Notes: a model not told the origin generated them from the sequence alone. Counted from the first letter of the stretch, positions 29,532 to 38,715 are shown. The stretch is DNA of 64,000 nucleotides from an uncultured Bacteroidota bacterium (GCA_903889265.1 CAISWS010000066.1:604-64603); one strand, 5' to 3'. Numbers and translations: made by a program.

Positions 29532-30713
29532 TTATCTTCTGCCACCATGCGCACTACCACCAGGCCTTGAATAGCCATGTGAAGCAGGCCGCTGTGCCGA
29601 AGCAAAACTACGTTCGCTTTGCCTTTGCACCGGCTGGCTGCGTTGGAAGTTTCTTTGCGGCGCGCTATGGCTTTGTGCAAAGCGGTTTTGGTTTGAAAAT
29701 CTGCTTTGTTGTTGATTCACCGCCCTTTGAGCGCCCTGGTTAACTCGTTGATATTGGGTACTGTTATTAAAGCGGCTGTTGTTGTAATTACCCCTGTTAA
29801 ACTGTTGCGCCCTGGCCTGGTTTTGCATGTTGTTATTGGCAAAATGGTTGGCCGGCACATTAGCATGATTAGAAAAATTCTGACCACGATTTTGGTTCAC
29901 ATTAGCCTGCTGATGGAATTGGCTGGCGCTGTTATTATGTGCAGTCATGTTTTGGTTGGCATGGTTTCCATGATATGGGGTAATGCTATGTCCAACAGAA
30001 CGTTCAACCTCACCTACTCTTGGCCCGGCAAAATATGCATGGCCTCCATACATTCTTGATTCACCAATTATATTGATGTGCGCAGCTAAACCTCTGTAGT
30101 CTCCACGGCCATAAAAACCGCGGTAAAGACCTAAGTGAAAATCGCAAAAGTGTGCACGGTCGCAAAAATTCCAGCAATATGGGTTAGGTCTGTAGTAACC
30201 AGAACATCCAATAAAGGGGGCCAGCGGTGCCCAGCAATAGTAGTTATTGTAATTGCCCCAGGTAACCCACGCGGAGGCCCATTGATAACCGGGCATCCAC
30301 ATCCAGCCGTAAGCATTATCCCTGAACCAGCGGCCATAATGGAAAGGAATTCCACCCCACGCATAATCCGATACCCAACTCCAGCCATAAGTGCTATAAA
30401 CCCAGTGGCCAGCAGTTGCGTAAGGAGAGAAATCAGAAGGCACCTGGTTAGGCACCCAAACATTACCATAGCCCGGATAATTAATCCAGTTTCCGTAAGG
30501 GCTCAACTCGCTGCGGAAGTTATTGTAATTGGCGTAATCATCTCCGTTATCGTTAACGGTGCTTTCGTTGGCGGGTTCTCCATTGTTGCTTTGGTTGTAG
30601 CCAGCGGGCGGAACGCTTTGACCATCCTTATCGTAGTAATTATCGTCTTGCCCAAAAGCATTTGAAAACGATATCGCGCAAACAGTAAAAACCCAGAATG
30701 CCTTTTCATACAA
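29532..30713 (-). CDS. secreted Trp/Tyr/Gly-rich core protein with Asn/Gln/Arg-rich tail (uncharacterised; paralog of 37231-38385)
   Basis: TTG start and a signal peptide. Core: SPYGNWINYPGYGNVWVPN...GHWVYSTYGWSWVSDYAWGGIPFHYGRWFRDNAYGWMWMPGYQWASAWVTWGNY. It resembles WxxGxW/YxWGxW-repeat or DUF6600-type proteins as I recall them. The tail ends GGSAHGGRR. Confidence 0.6.
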   Translation of the reverse strand: MYEKAFWVFTVCAISFSNAFGQDDNYYDKDGQSVPPAGYNQSNNGEPANESTVNDNGDDYANYNNFRSELSPYGNWINYPGYGNVWVPNQVPSDFSPYATAGHWVYSTYGWSWVSDYAWGGIPFHYGRWFRDNAYGWMWMPGYQWASAWVTWGNYNNYYCWAPLAPFIGCSGYYRPNPYCWNFCDRAHFCDFHLGLYRGFYGRGDYRGLAAHINIIGESRMYGGHAYFAGPRVGEVERSVGHSITPYHGNHANQNMTAHNNSASQFHQQANVNQNRGQNFSNHANVPANHFANNNMQNQARAQQFNRGNYNNSRFNNSTQYQRVNQGAQRAVNQQQSRFSNQNRFAQSHSAPQRNFQRSQPVQRQSERSFASAQRPASHGYSRPGGSAHGGRR

Positions 30714-30811
30714 TTGATTTTATATTCTATGTGACTAACCAATCAGATTAAAGTGTAATCAGCATAAGGTCATTTGTTAATATTTTAGCAAAATAGTTTT
30801 GAGCCGCACAC

Positions 30812-30847
30812 AAAAACGCCCCGCTATCTTTCCATAGCAGGGCGTTT
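30812..30847 (-). terminator. intrinsic terminator of the SprB-repeat adhesin gene
   Basis: The minus strand reads AAACGCCCTGCTAT-GGAAAG-ATAGCGGGGCGTTTTT. Confidence 0.65.
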
Positions 30848-30866
30848 AAAATAAAGGCAGGGGTTA

Positions 30867-33800
30867 CTAATGGGCAATAACAATTTTTCCGGTGCAGGTA
30901 TTGCCTTTGGTATCATGGGCAGTATAAATATATATGCCGGGGGCAAAAGTCCCGCTGTCAAAAACAACTTCAGATGATGTGGTAGTTTTTTCAAATATCT
31001 TCTGGCCGGCCACATCATTAATTTCAAATGCTACCTCACCGGTGGCCCCTGCAATGCTGAACAATGATTTATCATGTACAGGGTTAGGGCTTACATTTAC
31101 ACTCATATCGCCGGCATTAATATTTTTAAAGCCTAAGGTTGATACGGTTAATGTACTTATCGTGGTATTGGTTACTACGGCAGGGTTCAAATCAAAATAA
31201 ACCGAGGCTGTATTTTTAATTTGCGAGCCATAAGGATTGCCACTTCTGGTTTTTACGGAATAATTTACAAAGCCAATACTTGAGTCGGCACTTTGCGCGC
31301 TATCAGGTAAATTTATAGGATCAAAAGTAAAGGTTATTACACCATTACCTGTTAGCTTCCAGGTATATGGAAAATTCGAAGCACCAACTTCCAGGCTGGC
31401 AGGGTTAACCAACGGCGATAAGGTATCCTTAATTACAATCTTATGTGCCGGTGCATTACCGGTGTTTTGGAAACGTATAGTGTAGTTCAAAACAGTGTCT
31501 TCCGGCGTAATGCTACCGGAAGGCGACACCTCTTTCGAATTAGGGTCGTGCGAACCGGAAACCACGTCAGATAGGGATTGAACGTTGTTGGATGGATTGC
31601 AATCACCGGTAGTTGGGGCAATTGAATCATAAGATGTTAGCAGGGTTCCCAGTGGCAGGTTGGAAGGAACATTAAATTCCATGGTAACCTCCTGGCTCCA
31701 GTTTATCCAGTTAGATACAGGCACGGTACCCAGGTTCCAGGTAATAGTTTGTGTGGCTGCATCGTAACTGCTGTAAGCCGGATTTGTTGATATGAGGCTA
31801 AGATTAGGGTCGTGCACAAAAGTAAGCACTGCGTTGTTAACCGGAGCACTGCCCTGGTTGTAATAATAAACCCAATATTCTTTGGTGCTGCCGGGTGATG
31901 ATGGCAAATAACCGGTGTGTACTACCAGGTCGAAAGCCGCTCCGTTATTGAAGCCAAAATTATTACCGGAGGAAACAGAACCGGTGCCCGTCAATGTTGG
32001 GGTATACGAAGTAACGCACGAGCTGGAATTGCATGAACCACCGGACCAGGTATATGCCGTAACGCTGTAAGTGCCCGGCAATACCTGTATATCATAATAT
32101 CCGTTCGAGTCGGTAGTTGCATAGTAATAGTTACCATTGCCATAAGCTTGTATGTTAATCCCCGGGTTACCCGGTTCTCCTGCGTCTTTAATGCAGTTGC
32201 CGTTTAAATCGGAGTATGCATACCCGGTAATGTCATCGTAGCATGAGGCTGCATAAGTTATGGTAACCGCAGCAGTATCAGATCCGGCAAATGTTATAAT
32301 GCTATCAGCACACCCATTGGCATCTACCACGCTTTGCAGGTTAATGTAGGTGTTATAAGCCAGGCCTGTAATCCCTGAACTGGTCGCAGTATCAAAATAG
32401 CTTCCGTTGCTGGTATATCCTTGCCAGGTGAAAACAAACGGCGCGGTACCACCATTGCTAACCGTAACATTTACCGCACCAGTTGGCGTGTTGGGGTCAC
32501 AGGAAGTTGGCGTTGAAGAAACAGATACGATATAACTTCCCTGTGAAATTAATAACTGGGAGTTGGTATAAGTGCAGCCACTGGCATCGGTAAGCGTAAA
32601 AGCATAAGTACCCGCTGAGAGGTTGTTTGCTGTGTTTGTGGTGTTTGTACCACTGTTGCTCCAGGCGTAACTATAAGGCGCCGTGCCATTGTTCGGACTA
32701 AGCACAATGGACCCGTTTGATGCTCCACAATCAGGATTGATGTAATTGATGTTTGCCCAAATGGTTGTTTGGTTCAGATAGTAATAACCTACGCCTGTGC
32801 AACCATTAGCATCGGTAACCGTAACCTGGTAGCTGCCGCTGTTCAGGCTGCCGATAGAGTCCGTTGTAGCCCCGTTAGACCATAGATAGGTATAAGGCGC
32901 TACACCGTTTAGCGGATTTGCTTTAATTCCGCCCTGTCCGGCGCAGCCTGGGTTTACCACGGAATTGAAAGAATCTAATTGTATACCCGATGTATAATTA
33001 TAAAAGGTTTGATAAGCTGCACATCCGTGTGCGTCGGTTACCGTAAGGTAATAGGTGCCGTATTGTACAAAGGTTATCGCTGTTGTTGTTTGGCCCGTAC
33101 TCCATAAATAATTATAGGGACCGGAACTGCCGGTAACGTTGGCTGTAACAGTATTGCTGCACGCTGTAGCGTTTAATGCAATACTAAATGGTGCAGTGCT
33201 GGTTACGGAATCCGAATATTCAATTGTTTCACAGCCATTGGCATCTGCAACAGTTACTGAAAAATAAGAACCCTCAGGTAAATTACTAAGTGTTTGGGTG
33301 GTAGCACCGTTACTCCATAGATAGCTGTATGGTGCCACTCCTGAGCCTGTTTCCGTTACCGTCATGCTTCCTCCGGTGGTAGAGGGGCATTGGATGGGGG
33401 TTACGGTTACCTGGGCACTAAAATTACCCTGTGGTATAAGTTGAACTGAATCAGCTAAGGTACAGCCTGCGCCATCGCTTACAGTAAAGAAATAATTACC
33501 GGCCGTTAAGTTTGAATCAGCATCGGTATGGTTACTGCTGCTATTGCTCCAGGTAAAAGTGTATGGTGCCGTACCGCCGGAAGTATAAATGTAAATAGAA
33601 CCCGTAGCTGATCCGCAACCCGGATTGTTGCGGCCACTTTGAATGGTAAGAGAATTGCCGTATAAATAATAGTAGCTCTGTCCCGTGCAGCCATTTGCGT
33701 CTGTTACGGTAACATAGTAGTATGAGCTTTGCGATAACCCTGTAATATTGGGTGTTGTAGCCCCGTTAGACCAACTATAAGAGAACGGTGCCGTACCTGA

Positions 33801-34631
33801 AGCCATAGCCAGCGAGATACTGCCATTTGAACCGCAACCGGGTTCAATTATCCGGGTATTCAAAGTATCAAATATCAGGCTGGTATTTGATACCACGACA
33901 GAGGCAGTACCAATGCAACCTTGGGCGTCAGTTACTAATACTGTGTATTGGGTCCCGTTTGTTAAGCCGGTTATGGATGAAGTAGTAGCATTGTTATCCC
34001 ACACATAAGTATATGGCGTAACCCCACCCGAAACACTGGCAGCCAGGCCTCCGGCACAGACCGCGCCGGTATGTACCAATGAAACCTGAACGGAAGAAGT
34101 AAGCTGCACTGTGTCGGCTGCCTTTGCAGCACATCCGTTATGGTCAGTAGCGGTTACGGAATATACTCCCTGTGCTGCATTGATTAAAGATTGAGTTGTA
34201 GCCCCATTGCTCCATAAATAGGAGTAAGGCCCCGCACCTCCCGTAACGTTGGCTACGGCGCTACCTGTAGTTCCGCTGGGGCAAACAGGTTGAGTAGTGG
34301 TAATTGACATGCTTACTACCGGCGCTATTGTAAAGGTACCCGATAGATAACCACTGTCGGTATACACATAATACTGGTAAACGCCATTGGCCAGGCCACT
34401 AAATACGCCCGGGCCTGATAAGTCCGAGTCGCCCTGGTTTACTCCGTTACCGTAAATAAAATATCCGTATGGCCCGTAGTTGTTGGGGGTTACCGAAATT
34501 GTAACCCCGCCATCGTTGCCCGCACAAGTGCCGCTTGTGCTTACAACGGTTGTCCCTGCTGCCTGTGTGTTTGCAAAGGCAAAGAAGAACAGCAGCAGGA
34601 TGCTGGTTCTTATAAAGTGTTGCTTTTTCAT
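30867..34631 (-). CDS. SprB-repeat surface adhesin with T9SS type-A sorting domain
   Basis: 1254 aa with a signal peptide. About 10 repeats of C..G..G.I.....GG.APY.Y.WSNGATT..I..L..G.Y.VTVTDANGC. Then an SdrD-B/Cna-B-like segment and DUF11/CARDB-like segments (HDPNSKEVSP...IRFQNTGNAPA). The C-terminus reads VSPNPVHDKSLFSI...GIYIYTAHDTKGN. Confidence 0.8.
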   Translation of the reverse strand: MKKQHFIRTSILLLFFFAFANTQAAGTTVVSTSGTCAGNDGGVTISVTPNNYGPYGYFIYGNGVNQGDSDLSGPGVFSGLANGVYQYYVYTDSGYLSGTFTIAPVVSMSITTTQPVCPSGTTGSAVANVTGGAGPYSYLWSNGATTQSLINAAQGVYSVTATDHNGCAAKAADTVQLTSSVQVSLVHTGAVCAGGLAASVSGGVTPYTYVWDNNATTSSITGLTNGTQYTVLVTDAQGCIGTASVVVSNTSLIFDTLNTRIIEPGCGSNGSISLAMASGTAPFSYSWSNGATTPNITGLSQSSYYYVTVTDANGCTGQSYYYLYGNSLTIQSGRNNPGCGSATGSIYIYTSGGTAPYTFTWSNSSSNHTDADSNLTAGNYFFTVSDGAGCTLADSVQLIPQGNFSAQVTVTPIQCPSTTGGSMTVTETGSGVAPYSYLWSNGATTQTLSNLPEGSYFSVTVADANGCETIEYSDSVTSTAPFSIALNATACSNTVTANVTGSSGPYNYLWSTGQTTTAITFVQYGTYYLTVTDAHGCAAYQTFYNYTSGIQLDSFNSVVNPGCAGQGGIKANPLNGVAPYTYLWSNGATTDSIGSLNSGSYQVTVTDANGCTGVGYYYLNQTTIWANINYINPDCGASNGSIVLSPNNGTAPYSYAWSNSGTNTTNTANNLSAGTYAFTLTDASGCTYTNSQLLISQGSYIVSVSSTPTSCDPNTPTGAVNVTVSNGGTAPFVFTWQGYTSNGSYFDTATSSGITGLAYNTYINLQSVVDANGCADSIITFAGSDTAAVTITYAASCYDDITGYAYSDLNGNCIKDAGEPGNPGINIQAYGNGNYYYATTDSNGYYDIQVLPGTYSVTAYTWSGGSCNSSSCVTSYTPTLTGTGSVSSGNNFGFNNGAAFDLVVHTGYLPSSPGSTKEYWVYYYNQGSAPVNNAVLTFVHDPNLSLISTNPAYSSYDAATQTITWNLGTVPVSNWINWSQEVTMEFNVPSNLPLGTLLTSYDSIAPTTGDCNPSNNVQSLSDVVSGSHDPNSKEVSPSGSITPEDTVLNYTIRFQNTGNAPAHKIVIKDTLSPLVNPASLEVGASNFPYTWKLTGNGVITFTFDPINLPDSAQSADSSIGFVNYSVKTRSGNPYGSQIKNTASVYFDLNPAVVTNTTISTLTVSTLGFKNINAGDMSVNVSPNPVHDKSLFSIAGATGEVAFEINDVAGQKIFEKTTTSSEVVFDSGTFAPGIYIYTAHDTKGNTCTGKIVIAH
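32350..34560 (-). repeat. tandem array of about 10 SprB-type protein repeats (about 80-90 codons each)
   Basis: Recurrent PY.Y.WSNGATT and TVTDANGC strings inside CDS 30867-34631. The boundaries are approximate. Confidence 0.7.
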
Positions 34632-34836
34632 AGTTTTTTGTTTTTATAGTTCTTTGACAGCACAAAGGAACGCAATGAATGCGCGCCGATGTAACCTGAA
34701 TCGTCAAAAAATTACACAATCAAAGAGAACGATCGGGGTATCCATAAGCAAATTCACCAATGAAAATTAAATGAAAAACTCTTACACAATCAATATTTGA
34801 TTGCGCAAGCAGATTTGTCCGGCCCGGTGTTGGCCG

Positions 34837-34874
34837 AAAAGGAAAGAGAGGACAATTGGCCCTCTCTTTCCTTT
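34837..34874 (-). terminator. intrinsic terminator of the lipoprotein gene
   Basis: Perfect 11-bp stem GGAAAGAGAGG / CCTCTCTTTCC, followed by a T-run on the minus strand. Confidence 0.7.
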
Positions 34875-34898
34875 AAGCAAATTCGTTTCAAAAAGTCT

Positions 34899-35507
34899 TT
34901 AATATAATCTTACCAGCGAACAGCTGTCGTTGCCCACAATAACAGTCCCCGTATATCCGATATTAGACGAGGTAATTGCAGTATAGGTATAGGTACCAAT
35001 ATGCAGGGTAAAGTTGGCGCAGCCCGTTGTACCGCAGCTTGGGGTGGTGGTCGGAAACGCAGCTGTAATATGAGCAGAGCCGCCATTCAGGGTTACGTTC
35101 GTATAGTTAGCAGCCGAATCAACCCAGAAGGTAACATTGCCCGTAGTACAAAATAACTGCTGATAAGTACAGGTTCCCTGAGCTATTGTAACACTGCCCG
35201 TCCAGCTTGTATCGCCGTTGGTTGCTGTATAAGTGTACGTTCCTGCTGGCAGGTTAAAGTTTGCGCATCCCGTAGCGCCACAGCCCGGTGCTGTATTCGG
35301 AAAGTACTCGGTCATAACAGCAGTTTGGCTATCAACTTTAACCGTTATCGGATTGGGGCTGCAATTAACCGCCATCCAGAAGGTAAGGTTGTACTCCGGG
35401 GTATTCTGGCTATGATTCCTGTAGTCGTCCTTCTTACACGAAGCGATGAGCAGAACCGCTGCAACCAATATCACAGAACTAAAAAAAACTATCTTTTTCA
35501 TAATCAA
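34899..35507 (-). CDS. lipoprotein with an internal two-fold repeat, function unknown
   Basis: Lipobox LLIASC. Two units of about 75 aa each contain PxCG(A/T)TGCANF(N/T)L..GTYTYTA...(W/Y)TG(S/T)V. Confidence 0.6.
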   Translation of the reverse strand: MIMKKIVFFSSVILVAAVLLIASCKKDDYRNHSQNTPEYNLTFWMAVNCSPNPITVKVDSQTAVMTEYFPNTAPGCGATGCANFNLPAGTYTYTATNGDTSWTGSVTIAQGTCTYQQLFCTTGNVTFWVDSAANYTNVTLNGGSAHITAAFPTTTPSCGTTGCANFTLHIGTYTYTAITSSNIGYTGTVIVGNDSCSLVRLY

Positions 35508-35703
35508 CTGATTTTATTATTGAACACCATGTGTTGTTAGACCTGATTTAAGCACCCGGGTTTATGCAACTATTACAAAGTTATTGTTAATGTGCCGCGC
35601 AGGCTCATTTTTTTAGATAAATGGTGTTAATTAACGATTAAGGGAAACAAGACGGTCAGGAACTGGAGTCAGAAATTACATTTTTAATGGGTCTAACATC
35701 CTG

Positions 35704-37053
35704 TTATCTTAAAACAGCTGCAATATTCTTGCCTAAATCATCAACGCTCATAAAGCGTTTTATGATATAGCCCTTATTATCAATTAACACAACTGTAGGG
35801 GTATATTGAATAAAGTAATCAGCATGGGCGCTGCTGTTATCTGGTAATACAATGTTGGTCCAGGGCAGCTGGTTTTTGGCTATAAACTGTTTCCATTTGT
35901 CCTTATTACTATCTAATGAAACGGCAAATACTTCTAACCCCTTGGCATGATATTGCTGATATAGCCTGATAAAATCGGGCATAGCCTTGCGGCAATGCGG
36001 GCAGTCAGACTCCCAGAAAATGAGTGCCGTTAACCGATTACTTTTTGCTGTGGCTAACAGGTTTTGTGTTTGTTGGTTCAAGTTCTCGCCGGTTACATCA
36101 GGTGCGGGTAGCCCCGGCAATAAATTAGCCACCAGCTTTATTTTAGCGGCTAAAACAGGCTGGTCATTACTTAATGCTGCCTGGCTGTTGGCCCATTGCA
36201 CCAGGCTTTGAATATACGGTTCTCGGTAATCATCTAAAAAGTTATTGAAAAGCGCAGTAAGCAAGCCTTTTTGAGCTTCTTTTTTACCTTTTACCCTGTT
36301 CATTAATTGCTCTATAAACTGAATCCGGGCGGAGGCTGATGTATCCGCCACAAAATCCAGGTAAGCTGATATTTTATTATTGAGATCGGGTGTGCGGTAA
36401 AGTAAAGTGTCGGCAAGGTTTGCAGCCTCAAAAAATCCTGCCTGCATTTGTGCTAAAACCGGGGCGCTAACTGTTATATCGGGCATTTCTCCCAACCCGG
36501 CTAATACATTGGCGGTATATGTGCCTTTGTAGCCCATTTTTAAATATTCCATCAGTTCGTTTTGCTGAGCCATTTGCTTTTTGAATTTGACCGCACAATT
36601 TTTTTCGTTCGTTGCACATTCCGTTTTAATGTCCCGCATCAGGTCTCTGAAAGCTACACTTTCGCGCTTAAATATGCGGTAGGCATCATTTTCACGGCTA
36701 CCGCTTATTTTCATCAGGTGCACCTCCTGTTTTGCATCCGTTTTAATTATCACCTGGCAAATTGGTTCGGTGGGGGTAAGTAATAAACTCACTTTATAGC
36801 CTTTATATTTCAGATCATAAAGGCCGGTATTATTAACTGCTACACTAAGGCTAAAAGTGCCATCTGTGTTTACATGGGTAAGGTAAATATTCTCTCCTTC
36901 ATGATAAGGCACCAGGCGCATATCTGCCTTATCGGGTACCCAGGTTACGCCGCTATCAGGCTCCACCTTTCCTGCAATTTTTACGCTATCAGCTGTTTGT
37001 GCCTGCAACCCATATTGTAAAAGAAAAAGAAGCGAAACCAGGTAAATACGCAT
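35704..37053 (-). CDS. TlpA/AhpC-family thiol:disulfide oxidoreductase with N-terminal DUF4369-like domain
   Basis: 449 aa with a signal peptide. CxxC in FWESDCPHCRKAMPDF and a thioredoxin fold at the C-terminus. Confidence 0.8.
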   Translation of the reverse strand: MRIYLVSLLFLLQYGLQAQTADSVKIAGKVEPDSGVTWVPDKADMRLVPYHEGENIYLTHVNTDGTFSLSVAVNNTGLYDLKYKGYKVSLLLTPTEPICQVIIKTDAKQEVHLMKISGSRENDAYRIFKRESVAFRDLMRDIKTECATNEKNCAVKFKKQMAQQNELMEYLKMGYKGTYTANVLAGLGEMPDITVSAPVLAQMQAGFFEAANLADTLLYRTPDLNNKISAYLDFVADTSASARIQFIEQLMNRVKGKKEAQKGLLTALFNNFLDDYREPYIQSLVQWANSQAALSNDQPVLAAKIKLVANLLPGLPAPDVTGENLNQQTQNLLATAKSNRLTALIFWESDCPHCRKAMPDFIRLYQQYHAKGLEVFAVSLDSNKDKWKQFIAKNQLPWTNIVLPDNSSAHADYFIQYTPTVVLIDNKGYIIKRFMSVDDLGKNIAAVLR

Positions 37054-37177
37054 ATAAAAAATTTGAGGGTCAATTACAGCAGGTTTTGTTTATACAACCT
37101 TAATCATAAAGATATAAATCTGCACTGTAAGAAAGGCAGGCAGAAACCACTTGTGCCGAAAAGGCCCGATGTTGAAT

Positions 37178-37210
37178 AAAAAAAGGGCACAACCGGAGTG
37201 CGCCCTTTCT
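37178..37210 (-). terminator. intrinsic terminator of the 37231-38385 gene
   Basis: The minus strand reads AAGGGCGCAC-loop-TGTGCCCTTTTTTT. Confidence 0.7.
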
Positions 37211-37230
37211 ATTACAAGGTAAATAATCTT

Positions 37231-38385
37231 CTATCGTCTTCCACCACCGCCGTGCGATCCACCGCCCATAGGCGCTGAAAAGTGCTGGGCCGGTGCAGAG
37301 AAATGCTGCGCTGGCTGCGATGAGGGAACGTAACTTCTTTGCGGTTGTTGTGCCGGAGGACTGTATTGCCTTTGTTGCTGTGGCACACTTTGTCTTGGCG
37401 GTGTCCATTGTTGCGCTGGCTGCTGCCTTGCTGGTGTTACCGGATTGTTGGGTCTTTGTCTGTCGGGCTGTTGTCCTTCATTAGGTCTGTTTGTTTGGTG
37501 CAGGTCCTGAATGTTATTGACTTTAGCCGGCGCAGCATGTTGGTTGTTGGTACGCACAATACCAGGGCGATAAATATTAACGTTACCTCCATCTACTTTA
37601 GTTTGCTTAGGGTCGCTCACGTTATTAATATGCATCGCATGAACTTCCTGGCCACTGTATTTTGAAACTTCCTCAGCCTTTGGGCCTGAGAAGAATACGC
37701 TTTGATGATAAGTATTGGCGTGGCTGATTATATTGATATGGTTGTTTATATCATTAAAGTCGTGGCCTAAATCACTGCTGCGCCTTACATGATCGCCAAA
37801 ATCCTGGCGGCCCATGTATTGGTGTTCAACAAAATGCCAATGATCGCGGTCAGGCCTGAAATGCGGCGATAATATATCATGCGGGCCAAGGCATGCCCAG
37901 CCATAATAACCACCATAATCTCCCCAAATTACCCACGCCGGCGCCCAATCGTAACCAGGGGCCCACATCCATCCATAATAAGGATCCTCAAACCATCTTC
38001 CGTAGTGGAAAGGGCCCCAGCCCCATGCAAAATCTGACACCCAGGTCCATCCCATATCGGTGTAAACCCAGTGTCCATTGGTCATGTAAGGCGAAAAGTT
38101 AGGATCCATTCCGTTCGGAACCCAGCAATACCCGTAGCCAGGGTAATTAACCCAACTGCCGTATGGGCTTAGTCCATCGTAGAATGTTTGATAGGTGGGA
38201 GCACCAGAGTTATCATCATTTTCATCATCGTAATTCTGCTGGTCCTGGGCCGGAGGATTTGGCTGCTGTTGTATGTTGTTTTCATCATTATAATAAACAT
38301 CATCGCTGCTGTTATTCTCCTGCTGACTAAAACCCGCAAACACGGTTAAAAGTAAAATCAATGTGGTCCCCAATAATTTCTTCAT
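37231..38385 (-). CDS. secreted Trp/Tyr/Gly-rich core protein with Gln/Pro-rich tail (uncharacterised; paralog of 29532-30713)
   Basis: Signal peptide and an acidic Asn/Gln/Asp segment. Core: SPYGSWVNYPGYGYCWVPN...GHWVYTDMGWTWVSDFAWGWGPFHYGRWFEDPYYGWMWAPGYDWAPAWVIWGDY. The tail has a PAQHFSA PAQHFSA tandem and ends GGGSHGGGGRR. Confidence 0.65.
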   Translation of the reverse strand: MKKLLGTTLILLLTVFAGFSQQENNSSDDVYYNDENNIQQQPNPPAQDQQNYDDENDDNSGAPTYQTFYDGLSPYGSWVNYPGYGYCWVPNGMDPNFSPYMTNGHWVYTDMGWTWVSDFAWGWGPFHYGRWFEDPYYGWMWAPGYDWAPAWVIWGDYGGYYGWACLGPHDILSPHFRPDRDHWHFVEHQYMGRQDFGDHVRRSSDLGHDFNDINNHINIISHANTYHQSVFFSGPKAEEVSKYSGQEVHAMHINNVSDPKQTKVDGGNVNIYRPGIVRTNNQHAAPAKVNNIQDLHQTNRPNEGQQPDRQRPNNPVTPARQQPAQQWTPPRQSVPQQQRQYSPPAQQPQRSYVPSSQPAQHFSAPAQHFSAPMGGGSHGGGGRR

Positions 38386-38715
38386 AAAGGATATTTACAA
38401 TTTAAAATTACAAATTCAGAGCCAAATGCCCCGGACAATTACCACATTTGTTAAAAAATTACCATAACAAATGTTATCATGCTATTTAAAACTACTACAC
38501 AATAATACTATAGCACTCCCAAAAATATACAAACTCTTTACACCAGCATTATTTTCGGTCAGATAAAATTGTTTTATCCGCTGCATTATACAAACAATGC
38601 AAAAAAGTTACAGGCGGCCTGCTATTCTTTCTTTTTTATTCTAATTTCATAACTTCGCTACGGAAGTTGACAAGTGTTGTTTTTTAAATCCTTTTAATTC
38701 AAAACATACAGTATT

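Noticed and set aside
30135-30665. A 176-aa antisense ORF inside 29532-30713, and similar antisense ORFs at 37293-37665 and 37893-38102 inside the paralog.
   Set aside because: They are by-products of the biased codon composition of the sense genes. The sense frames have signal peptides and a conserved paralogous core.
38444-38474. A perfect 10-bp palindrome, ACATTTGTTA-11 nt-TAACAAATGT, upstream of 37231-38385. The string CATTTGTTAA also occurs upstream of the paralog (30771-30780).
   Set aside because: By a rough estimate, about one such palindrome is expected by chance in 64 kb, and more in AT-rich spacers. The second site is a single half-site in the non-equivalent orientation.
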